From: Saccostrea echinata
Taxonomy: Eukaryota
NCBI RefSeq assembly: GCF_033153115.1
Contig: NW_026889751.1
Location: 2,108,001 to 2,172,000, forward strand
Reading direction: 5' to 3'
Length of the DNA: 64,000 nt
Shown: piece by piece, positions 53,201-64,000 of the stretch
Layout of the letters: each line of letters starts with the position of its first letter
Numbering within the stretch: the first letter of the stretch is position 1
Made by a program: the position numbers and the translations under genes
Notes under the pieces: generated by a model
Seen by the model: the letters and a program-made list of their open reading frames with translations, nothing else
Told to the model about the DNA's origin: nothing
The model's database searches: none

Positions 53201-56200
53201 TTCTTGTTGCTGTTCAAGAGTTTTACGAGCTTCTTCCATTTTCTGCCATTCTTGTTTTCTGTTTTCAAACTTCTGTCTGGCATCTGCCATAATAGACTCA
53301 GTTGTCCTTGGCCGTTTCACAGTCCTAGACACAATGGGAAGGGGTTCTTTTACATTTGTCTCACTTTTGGGTGTTATTTTCTCAAGTCCTTCCTTCAAAA
53401 AAGTTTCATCCACATTTATTTGTAATACTTCGTCTTGTTCAGCACTTTCCTTGGGATGTATCTCCTCTTCCTCTTTCTGCTCAGTGTTTTTCTTTAGGGT
53501 ATTTTCCTTTGTTTCAGATTTTTGTATGGGAAGTTTTTCTTTTTTATCAGTTGTTAGGGAAATGGATCCAGACAACACACTTACACTTTCCTCATCTTCA
53601 TCTCCTTCCAGAGGTAAATGTTCTGACACTTGTTCAGAAATTGTTTTTATGATCAGACTCTCACCCTCAGGAGTTACATCTGGATCAACAGACTTCACAG
53701 AACCATTGGACGAGGAGAACCAATCAGAATTATCGTCTGCTAAATCATCCACTGATGAATGTTTGACCAGAGGTGAGGCTTTTTTCCTCCTCTCAGGTGA
53801 ACCAGAACTTGAGATTTCCTGAGATGACTGCTGCAAAAAAATTAATTAAAATTTTATCTATTCATTCTCAATATCAAGGTTTTTGCGACCAGTTAAAAAA
53901 AGTTTGTGGTTAAAAAAGTATAGACATTTACTTTTTCACTCTCTACTCTATCTTCAGTATACTCTAATTGGCCTAATGAAACCTAAAAAAAGAAAATTTT
54001 GAAAGATTAAATTTCAATCAACTAATAGGTATTACAACTTATTTTGTAAAATGTTAGCAGAAGAGAATTTGAAGTTGAAAGGAAATAAACGATGATACAC
54101 ACCTAAACTTTAGGGCATTAGATAGAGTTATAAAAGGCATTTGTAGAAAAAAAATTGATGAAAATGAAACAAAATCAAAAGCACATGCTTTTAAGTATTA
54201 TTTTTAATGAACATAATGACTGTATATACATGTACATGTATAAGATAGAAACACAAGAGAAAATTAAGATTAAATTAACACGACATGTTCACCAAGTTAT
54301 ATATGCCTCAATGATATTACTGTAGGAGTTATATATAACATGATTGAAAGCTCATGCATATATTATTTCTATGTATATATATGAAGTTTGGTTATACGAT
54401 GTATATTCTCAGAAACATTGATTTACTTACACTGCGGATGATAATTCACTGTTTTACAATAAAAGAAAGTGTTATATAAACTTTGTCGCCATGATTTCTA
54501 TATGCTGTCTATACTTGGTAAACTATAGCAGATTTCACACACTTAATAACTGCCATCTATAAAGTGAGGTTTTAAAATCATTTTGATTAATGCCTCCTAC
54601 CTTTCTTTTCAGCAGAGAGATATAGATCATCAAAGTGTGCTCATCTATGGTGCTTTCAATGACATCTGTTGGGCTGGAAAAAAAAGAAAGAACCACTAAT
54701 CTCAATACACAGTCTAGTTAGTAAAAAAAAAAAAAAAAAAAAAAATAGCACTCTACAGAATCAATATCAAGTCATGACATAAATTACAAAAGCTCAAAAA
54801 TCCAATACTTTTCAGTTGACTTTTAAGTTCTTCGGCACTACTTTGCACATTTTGCTTACTGGTGGAGTACTTTTTTATGCCGTTGTTAGGTTAAACACAT
54901 AATGGTCTATAAATTGTATAGAGAAGGTCTCACAGGTAATGATTGGATCTGAATATTGAGGGGTTCCCTCATACAAAGTAAGTAAAGGCACTATTTAAGC
55001 AGCACAAAAAGATAGATTTAAGAATAAATAAGACGGGATGATAAAAAGTGCCCAGCCATCTTGTATAGAGATATTGACTATTCAGCAAGACAGTTTAAAC
55101 TGTACAACCAGACCAGAGTGTGTTTTGTCCAAAGATCAATATTCATTCATCTATAAAAACATGTTGATGATATAATCTCTCTTTTTACAAATTGTACATT
55201 AAAACCCAATGATTTGCCAATTGTGCCAGGTGAAATAAAAATCTTCAGACGACAGGTTAACAAAGTCGCATGAAGAACATGCATTCTTTCCACGCTATGT
55301 TGCACTTTAAGAACATCGGCATTTTCAGGTAAACATTTTGTCCATTAATTCACGAAGTTTAGATTTTAATTCTTATGTTGGTACCCTTTCTTAGATATCC
55401 CTTTAATTTAAACAATTTGGATTATTCTTTGATAAATTTAACATCAAGTATCTGATTTTTCCACACAACAAGCATCAACACTGTGTTAACAAAAATGCCT
55501 AACAGATGTACTCATGTATGGTTGTACATATACTTGAATGTTGGTACATGTATTCGCATGCATTCCTGTGCAGCATGGATACTTGATTATACAGCATCAT
55601 TTTCACATTTCCAGCTTATTAATACACACACATCAATTGCTAATCCCCTATTTCAACACCATAATTAGACAAATATAAATTAAGGCAAAAAAGGATTAAA
55701 TCACAGTATATATACATGTATATATATATACCTAGAATTTCTCTGTTTTAACATTTATGCCATTGGTATTCCTACATAAGGTATGTACCTATGTATCAAA
55801 ACTTTACCTGGCAATAATCACTACCTGGACAAAGAGTGGCCAACAGTATTAAAAGAGAGATGTTATTTCTGCCTATTTACACAAGGATAAGGGTAATACT
55901 ATAAGGCTTATAGAACCACTTACTTGACGATGTCCTGGCGAATGCCCAGTTGTTTCTCCAACACTTCCAAAAGAGCCTCTAACTCCTTCTCCTTGTTCCT
56001 CACCTGTCAGGTAAATAAAGATGTTGATCAATTACCTTAACTGTATGTAAATCAATACTGCCCATTATCTGTCTGCTTGGGTCAGGTGTCTGGAAGTGCA
56101 GGGTATATAGTGTAGGAGAAATACTGGCTTGGAATTTTTTAATCATACCATAAATTGATATCAATTTCTTCAGAAATAATGGTTTAGACGAACTTTTAGC

Positions 56201-59200
56201 TTCTGTAATACCTGGGTATACAATTGCACACCTTGCACTAGAATTACACAACCTTGCTCAAATACCGAGTGAGAATTATATATCCAGGTATTATAGAATT
56301 TATATTTGAAACTTAAAACTGTCAAGCTGTCCAGAATGAATGATTTTTCTTCTGTAAAATGGATTTGGATTGGTACAATGTTCTGATACATATCACTACT
56401 TCCTTAAAGTCCAAAAATAATTTATAGCTAGTATATACATTCTGATCCCAAATAAATATAAATGTCAAAGTACATGTCCTTTCCATTTGAATTTAGGACC
56501 AAAGAGAATGATCCACTCCTAATCCTGCTGAATTCAAATATCCCTCATCAATATTCCTCCTTTGAACAGCAAACAAAATATTTAACATTGAAATATTAAT
56601 CAGAAGTGCAAATATGTAGATAATGTGTCAACACTTATCATAAGGGCTTTAAGGCAAGATAAATAAAAGTCCCCAGCTTTACAGGGATAGGTTCAGGTAC
56701 ATATTATATCTTACCCAATAAATTAATAAATTAAATCTACATTTCTCAAACAAATATAAAAACTATGGCCATCTTATATTTAGTTTGAATTTTTAAGTTG
56801 AAGCAGTCTAAAAATGTCTAGAAATAAATATGATATTTATAGCTGGGTAGATAAAAGTAAATGCATGCAGGGTAATATAATTGAGATTTAAAATTTTAAA
56901 AAATTGATTCAAAATACCTTACCTCTGGTTGGTCACCTTCACTGACAAATTTTCTCAGAAGTTGAATAAACCAATCCCCTGTAGTACACAAACTGTAATT
57001 TCAAGAGATAAAAATTAAGAAGGAAGAAAATGGCCAAGTATGAACATGAAACTTTAAGTAAATTAACCTATGCTGGAAGGAAAAGGCAAACACAGATTGC
57101 AATACAGTCCATACCTGCTAATCTAACTCTTAACTTAAAAATAAGATAGCTTTGATCAGGAACAATTTATTCAGGCAGTGGTGGATGCCAACATAAGTGT
57201 ATTGATTTTTTGTGACATGCACATTTACTTTAGCTAGAAATGCTTTTCAGAAGATCTTTAATGAAAATTATTTTTTGCAAAATTAGAAATAAGTATGGCC
57301 ATTTTTGTTTTGATTTTCCTCACTTTTTTTCTCTATCTGTCACATCATCAAACATCTACTTTTCTGCTAACATTGCAAATTATTTTCAACTACAGTACAT
57401 GTTTAATATCTCAAACTTCATTATCTTGAATGCCAGCCTATGGATATGTCAAAGTGAGTTGGAGGTTGCAACTATCGATACCTCAAATTCTCTGATATCT
57501 TAAAGGTTTTTTATTTCTCCTTCCCTTCAAGATAATGAGGTTTGACTGTATTTGTGTCATTTAGACAATTGATATGATCCAAATTAAATCAGTTTGGAAA
57601 ACTGAAATCATATCCTGTATCTTATTGGGAAAAAATATAAAACAAATCTCATGCTATAATTAAAAAAATGTTTTCAGCTTAATAAGAAGTCTGCCAGGTT
57701 CTGAAGATTATGATAGTTGGCTGGTTTTAACACCATTTATAATCCTGATCTAATTCTTCAAATTTTCGTAAGATTTAAATTACAGAGTAGAATGCTGTGA
57801 GGTTAAATGTTTCTAAAAAGATTTTGAGCCAACAAATATTGTATACTGCTGTTTGTGACAGTAATATATCTCGTGTTAACAGGGGTGTCTTAGAAATTGA
57901 ATATAAGATTGCACCTTTTTCTACCCATAGTACACTGAGGTTAATGTTTGAAACTTTAATTGATTCGAGTTGTAATTTCAGAATATGTACACTAAAGGAA
58001 TGTCTAAGGAGTTTCCCATAAGGGCTATAATTACAATCTTTTCAAAAATAGTTATTATGTTCTCAATTTCCAAAGGGGGTAATTTAAACATTGCAGTTTT
58101 TAAAGATAAGATTTACTTCATGTCAGCATTTTGAATATTACTAAGTTTTGAGGTTAAAATTTGTCAATTGAAAATCACTCTCACAATTGCTTACATTAGG
58201 AGTGCTGCTTGAAAATTTGTAAAGTAGCATTTTTGTCTTCTTATCAAGTTTTTTTTTTGAAGGTCAAACTCAAATGGATCTAATAAAAATATGATTAGAA
58301 TACCTTCAAATAAAGTTTCTAAGCAAAAATATTTCATTTTTATGATTATAGAAACAATTTTATAGGTTTTGGAAAAACACCAAAATGCAGATTACCTACT
58401 TTTATCACATTCTTCTGCCATTTATAGTTTGATAAATAGTAAGTGTTTGGATATTTGTAAAGCAGCTATAACTCAGAGGAATCTATTCAACCAAATCTAA
58501 CAATTCTCATTCTCATATAAAGAAACTGTCACTTGTACAAAGAATACACAGAAATGTGGAGACCATAATTTCACTTATAACTCCCATTAAATGCTCACAT
58601 TTAAGAAAAAAGAGGGTCTCTTTTAAAGGCTAAAAGTTCTGAAGTACCAGTGGAGTGTGAATAATAAGCAAACATAATGGGAAAGCTAGAGCTCTCAAGA
58701 AAATATTTACATCTAATACCTTTAAATTGAAAAATCCCCTGTACTATAATACAAACTGTTAAACATTTAAATAAACCTGCTGTCTGAAATGGACAGGTAT
58801 AATCAAAAGCTAAATGGCCACATTTTACATGTCCAAGAAATTCCCAATGTAGTAATATCAAGAACACTGGAAAATCTTGTCTATAAGATGCACAAGTATA
58901 AATAACTTACAACAAAAATTTAACCTTAATCTGATTGACCTAGCTTCCTACATGAACAAGTTAGAACTCATCTAATGATATACCAATAAAACCATTTTTG
59001 ATTTTAATATCTATTCATTTTACACAAAGTAGGTATTTATGCAATCAATTTCCTTGTACACAAAAGATTCATTCTTCTGCTGAAGCAATATATGAGAAGT
59101 CGATAAACCACTCTGCTATTAAGCATGGAAAATTGAACAAAGGGACATGAATGCCAAAAAACATGGAGATTTGAATTACAGAGAATGTGTTTCCAGTTAT

Positions 59201-61306
59201 AGTAGCATACAAACTTTGAAAACTGCTAGCTGAAAATATTTGTAAATGAAAGGATCATGATTTTGGGACACCTTAGCTTCAGATTGCCAAGGAAACAAAC
59301 CAATTTTTTCTTCTATTGTTAAGTCACCTTGATAATTACTGCTTGTTAGTATAAAGAATAAGAAACAATAGCAAATTAGCATGGAAATTACAAACACAAC
59401 GTGCGACAAATATTCTTCATTAACGTAACAACAGCAGTTACCCAGCTTACCCATATCAGCTTGGATGGGTTATATCTTTTTTCAAAAATATATTTCCATT
59501 CCCACCCTCTCTTCCACTTTTTATACTTACTTATATGTAAGTGTGTTGCGGGAATCAAATTCCGTGGACAATTCCTTTTGGCACCACTCTAACAGGTGTT
59601 TCTTTCCAACTCCCACGCTTCTTTCCTGTGGCGGTTGCTCTAAAAAAGACAAAAAATTGGTCCATTAGGTCAAAGTCTCCATCAACAGTGCCACAATGAA
59701 AGGCCCATGCAAGACCTCCTCAGAATGATTGTGTTCCCAGACATGATTTATTGTTGACATTGAATGCATCCATGGCACAAGTCTCCCGGTGTGGAATTAA
59801 GTCCGCGGATCACACCATTGTCCCACACACAATCTGAGTCTTATCTATCAATCTTATCCTCTTTTATATTACGCTCAAAAGAATGTAATCAGTTCAAGAT
59901 CATAGTAACATTTACCTTCTTATATTAGTAAACAAATATCCCTTGAAGGTCAATTTAGTTAAGACTTACGTGTACAAAAATTTAATTTAAAATTTTAGAG
60001 AAAGCTTTTCCAGACTTTACAGAGATCTGACAATCTAGAAGGAAAACTATTTTGCTAACAATGAATTATTGTTAGTTTTACTGACCTTTCTAGGGAAAAT
60101 GCTTGTTCAGGTGAGTTTTTAAAATCTGATGTACATTGCATTTTGGCACCAGCAATTTCCATTCATAATAAGCTTAATTAGACTAGGGTAAACACATGTG
60201 AATTATATGTACACTTTTGATTTCAAACCTATCCCATTAATGTAAAAAGGTGGCACAATCTATCAGAGTTTTTCTGACACATTTGAATGAAGAAAAACAA
60301 AAAAGTTATAACTTTTAAACTGACAAACAAAGGAAGTCATTTTCAGTTAGATAGTGTCAATATTTTTCAATAACAGAGAGTCCACAGTTTGGTCAATCTC
60401 TTATTAAATTTTGTTCTTCTTCACTGACAGGTTCTTATGGTTGTGATTGCTTTGAAGTATTCTATTTTCAAAGGTATGTTGACAGTATAGTCCAGGACTT
60501 AAAATCCTGATTAAAGCTACAAACACGATCTCTGACTTTTAATCTCCGGAGGAACAGAATCACATAAATACATATTTATTTTACCCGTAAAAATAATAAT
60601 GCGCTATGCTACAAGTAAAAATAGAAAATTCTTTGAAATAGGATTTGTATTAAAGTCTTTATGCTAAAATTAAAAAAAATATTGAAGTTATTTATCTTGA
60701 CTGATGTGCATGATGTTTTAAAATTAGAACAATATTGTGATAAAAGCTTAGGAGGTATGTAAAGATTAATGCCTCAGAACTGACCAAAAAAAAAGTTTTA
60801 AAGGACAGCAAAATTGGAGGAAAGTTGTACTTAATATTCAAGAAGCTACAAAAAGCACTGATAATGTACTATTCAAAATTAATTAAAGTCTATTTTCAAA
60901 AATCTATTTTAAATATAAATATTACCACAAACCTACCATTACCAATATCTTGGTTCATATGCCATTCACTTTCTTATAAATAAAAGGTATTTTACCATCC
61001 ATTAATTTCACATTAAATTGAAATCACTCTCTCAATGACATCTAGTTATTATATATCTGAATCTGAATAACCCACCTCTTTTTGACTTATATACCTTAGA
61101 TATGGCCGTTCCCTCATCTATTCCTAAATTCGCTGTATAACCAGTGTACAATCAGACTAGCATTATAAAGTCCTCAGACACTTGAGGCCTATTGAGGACT
61201 GTTTGCTTTCAGATAGGAGGGTGCTTACCTATATTGTGTATTCCGTAATTGAGAATGGTCAACCATAAAACATCCAACATGGACTTAACGTCTCCATCAA
61301 GTATAT
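47275..61306 (-). CDS. Large tandem calponin-homology (CH-CH actin-binding type) protein with disordered Ser/Pro/Arg region and coiled coil; 5' end off-window
   Basis: Phase-consistent exons: 61306-61229 (DILDGDVKSMLDVLWLTILNY, end of CH1), 59639-59531 (GKKHLLEWCQKEL), 56992-56923 (GDWFIQLLRKF), 56003-55924 (LLEVLEKQLGI), 54673-54601 (PTDVIESTIDEHTLMIYISLL), 53830-51086, 50957-49483, then either 48379-48277 (stop) or 47669-47570 plus 47331-47275. Motifs match the spectrin/alpha-actinin-type actin-binding domain (DIVDG..LGLIW, LLxWCQ, AEKxLGI, PEDV..DEKS.MTY). Confidence 0.85.
57390..57550. mobile_element. Degenerate mariner-type MITE (intronic)
   Basis: TCAAACTTCATTATCTTGAA pairs with TTCAAGATAATGAGGTTTGA; ends in CTGTA. 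Confidence 0.55.
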
Positions 61307-64000
61307 CTGTAAAATAAGGAAAATAAACAATGGAGGAAACATTCCTACTGAACAAACAGAAAGTGACAAACTTTCGCATTTTTATTTTTTTAAAAATGGT
61401 CAGGCTTGTTTGTGTGAGCTAAATCTTTACCTATCATGTTGATTTTTTTTATATCTGCATGAACTACTAAACAGCCTTGAAAAAGTACTCATCTGATAAC
61501 CTTCAGTGACCATCTTCAATTTTGGGGACATCATTCAGTTTTCTCTGGTACTTGAAATTCGAGTTAAACATTTCAAGAAATTGCCATTCTATTGTCTTTT
61601 ATGATCTTTAGACCTCCAATACAAGTTTTCAATCATTTATAGGCATTTAATCCATTGATTTGTCTTAACATTCATCAATGGACAATATTAATAAATTATG
61701 CCTGTCACTCAGATCTGATTAACAATATGTTTGGAAAACATGGTCAATATAAAACAAGTTACCGGTACCAGGTACATAAAAAGTGGTCATTAGATACTTT
61801 TTGATGTTCATCAACTATTCAAAGGGTCTATGATTTTTTTTTTGGCAATTCTGCCTCCTATATCAAAAATTCTTTTCTCCAAATATTTAAACTATATAAA
61901 GTTGCAATCTATACAATTCTTTTTCATAAGGTACTAAGACTGCAAATTTTTTTTTCATATAGCTTATTTTAAATTTTACCTGGAAATCATTTAACAGCAT
62001 AAAGAATGAACAAAAACCTAATATGGAATGTTCATAACTCTCATCAATTTAAAAGAAGGGACCCGTGGTACACACATGAAATTTTTGACCATGATGCAAA
62101 CCTTAGTGGTCTTAGAATTACAACAGTATAATGCTGTTTTCTTTAAAAGGTAGAGACTTACAAAAACTAATGCAGTTAATCCATAAGAAGCCTTTTCACT
62201 GAATGCACCGTATACCACATCCAATTAATAGAAGTAAAAGTAAGAATTATATCTCATCTGCAGCAAGTACATGCATGTATTCCCACTGTGTTAGATTGGC
62301 ACGTACCTTTGTCATCGAGCGCGGGTAAGCTCTTACGCTTGAGTGTCCAACAAAGATGACACTAACATATTAACCAGGTTTATATTAAATTTAAAGACCG
62401 TCCCATAAAGCAATTGACATCTGTGTCTTTAAGTCAATATATACAGGTACAGGTAACTGTGAATTCTATCATTATCTACCGTTCTAACTGAGTGGAACAG
62501 CGTGCTCAAGACATAGGATATAAAATTTCCACCATTCAAATTATTATGTATCCAAGTCTCTGATAAAGATATCAACAAGCTTGGCTGTTACAAGACTACA
62601 GATCTTTTTAATTCAGTTAAAAGCCTAATTAATGAATACCTGCTTTTAGAAACAGGGTAGAATTCCACCAATAATTATCTTTAACTCCAGTCATGTTTAT
62701 TTTAGCATGTTAAGTAATTATTAACTTAGATCAACCAATATATATGCAATGGCATGAACAATTTCAGAATTTAATTTGCAATTAAAGGAAAAATACTAGT
62801 ACCCCGGTAGCTTATACATGGCTACAAAGATTTTTTTTCAAATCATCATTATGAAAGTGAAGATCTTACCAGATTTTACAATAATTCTTGTAAACACCAA
62901 AGTTATATTCAAAAGGTAAACAAAGTGGGCGTAAAAGTGAAAATGTTGTATATTCTTCATTATACATAAGCATAAGTTCTTATCTTGCCCCCCCCCCCCA
63001 AATTATGTTCAACATCTGCCACATTTTAAGTACCAGCATACTTTCTTCTTCTTCTTTTTTTTTTTTTACAGAAAATATGAATAAAAATTTATTTGGTTCT
63101 GTAATAGGGACATGCAGTGAAATTTTTATCTGATAAGCCCCTAATAACTTTTGAGGAAACTTCGGTATAGAAGAAAACCATGTAACCTTTGACCTTTTGA
63201 CTTGAAAAAAGCAATACAGGACATGTCTATGAAGTTTGATGACAAGTACATGTAAAAGAAAATGGCTCTTCAGAAATTTTGGAAATTGATATGAATGTGT
63301 GTATAAGGGTAGCTGAAAACCAGGTGCCCTTTAACCTGAAAATCAGTATAGGTCACTTTGTCTACAAATTGACTTTAGAAGCTTTAATTAAGAAGTTGCT
63401 TTAAACACATTAACAATGATAAATCACCACACCAACACAGAATTCTCAGTTGGAATGGCTTTGATTGCTTCTAAACTGTCTGATATATATCCAACTATTC
63501 AAATAAATTTCTGGTTTATGTAAAAGAAAAGAAAAATCAAAAAATTGATTTTCCCTTTTTTGGGGGAGAGGATGCTTTTCACTGTGAAATGGCTGAATGG
63601 TAGAATTCTTATCTACTTGACATAATTTACACCTTGTTAATCACTAATCAATCTTCATAAATACTAATACTTGGTCCTCCAAGATAAGAAAAGACTGTAG
63701 AGGTGGCCTCAGATAAATGCACTTCAGTTGAAATGATAGTTCAAGTTTTGGGTATGGTACATAATGTGTGACAACATTCAATATCCTCTTTAGTTGCCAA
63801 TGTGATTTTATCTATGAATAACAACCCTATAACATATCATATCATTATGCTATCAAATTCCAACAAATGAAAGCTTGAAAGTGTGTAATTGATAAATTCG
63901 ATTCAAAAAATGATTTTTGAAAATGGTATCATAAGATGTTAAGAATTAAACTGTAATTTTTGTTTCAGAAAACATGTTTCATTTCCAATATAATGTTTCT

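Noticed and set aside
62307-62361. Possible upstream exon of the CH gene (CHLCWTLKRKSLPALDDK, phase-compatible)
   Set aside because: Weak acceptor and poor match to the CH1 consensus; left out of the model without transcript evidence.
1-64000. CRISPR arrays, operons or other prokaryotic systems
   Set aside because: The sequence is spliceosomal-intron eukaryotic DNA; the tandem repeats lack unique spacers.

Overview
AT-rich, intron-containing animal genomic DNA, most likely a bivalve such as an oyster (inferred from the repeat types). A CENP-U-like gene (minus strand, 3' end off-window) lies at the left and a large tandem calponin-homology (CH-CH) plus coiled-coil gene (minus strand, 5' end off-window) at the right. 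Between them (about 14.1-45.1 kb) is a cluster of six paralogous secreted-protein genes, A-F, which the ORF track shows only as unrelated fragments. Splicing them by hand (GT-AG, phases 2/1/0) gives one design: signal peptide, a large low-complexity exon unique to each paralog, then a shared ~75-85 aa 12-Cys module built from 2-3 small exons. The module consensus is C-x4-6-C-x2-G-x2-C-x7-15-C-P-x6-8-C-x-C-x2-G-C-x5-F-I-[PS]-x-G-x5-D-x-C-G-[NS]-x-C-x-C-x4-5-G-x3-C-x4-C, and its second half resembles pacifastin / half-VWC domains. The variable exons are Asn/Ser/Arg/Phe-rich (A), GFNGQP-repeat (B), poly-His/basic plus acidic-Pro plus Thr-mucin with a 7x GISIGGVIYIP tail (C), Arg/His then acidic (D) and short Pro/Arg-rich (E, F). 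This suggests a modular extracellular-material family (shell, periostracum, cement or mucus), but function is inference only. Also present: a ~3.9 kb foldback-like inverted-repeat element, tRNA-derived SINEs, Helentron-type satellite elements, several MITEs, a LINE RT relic and one N gap. All gene models were read by eye; no databases were searched.
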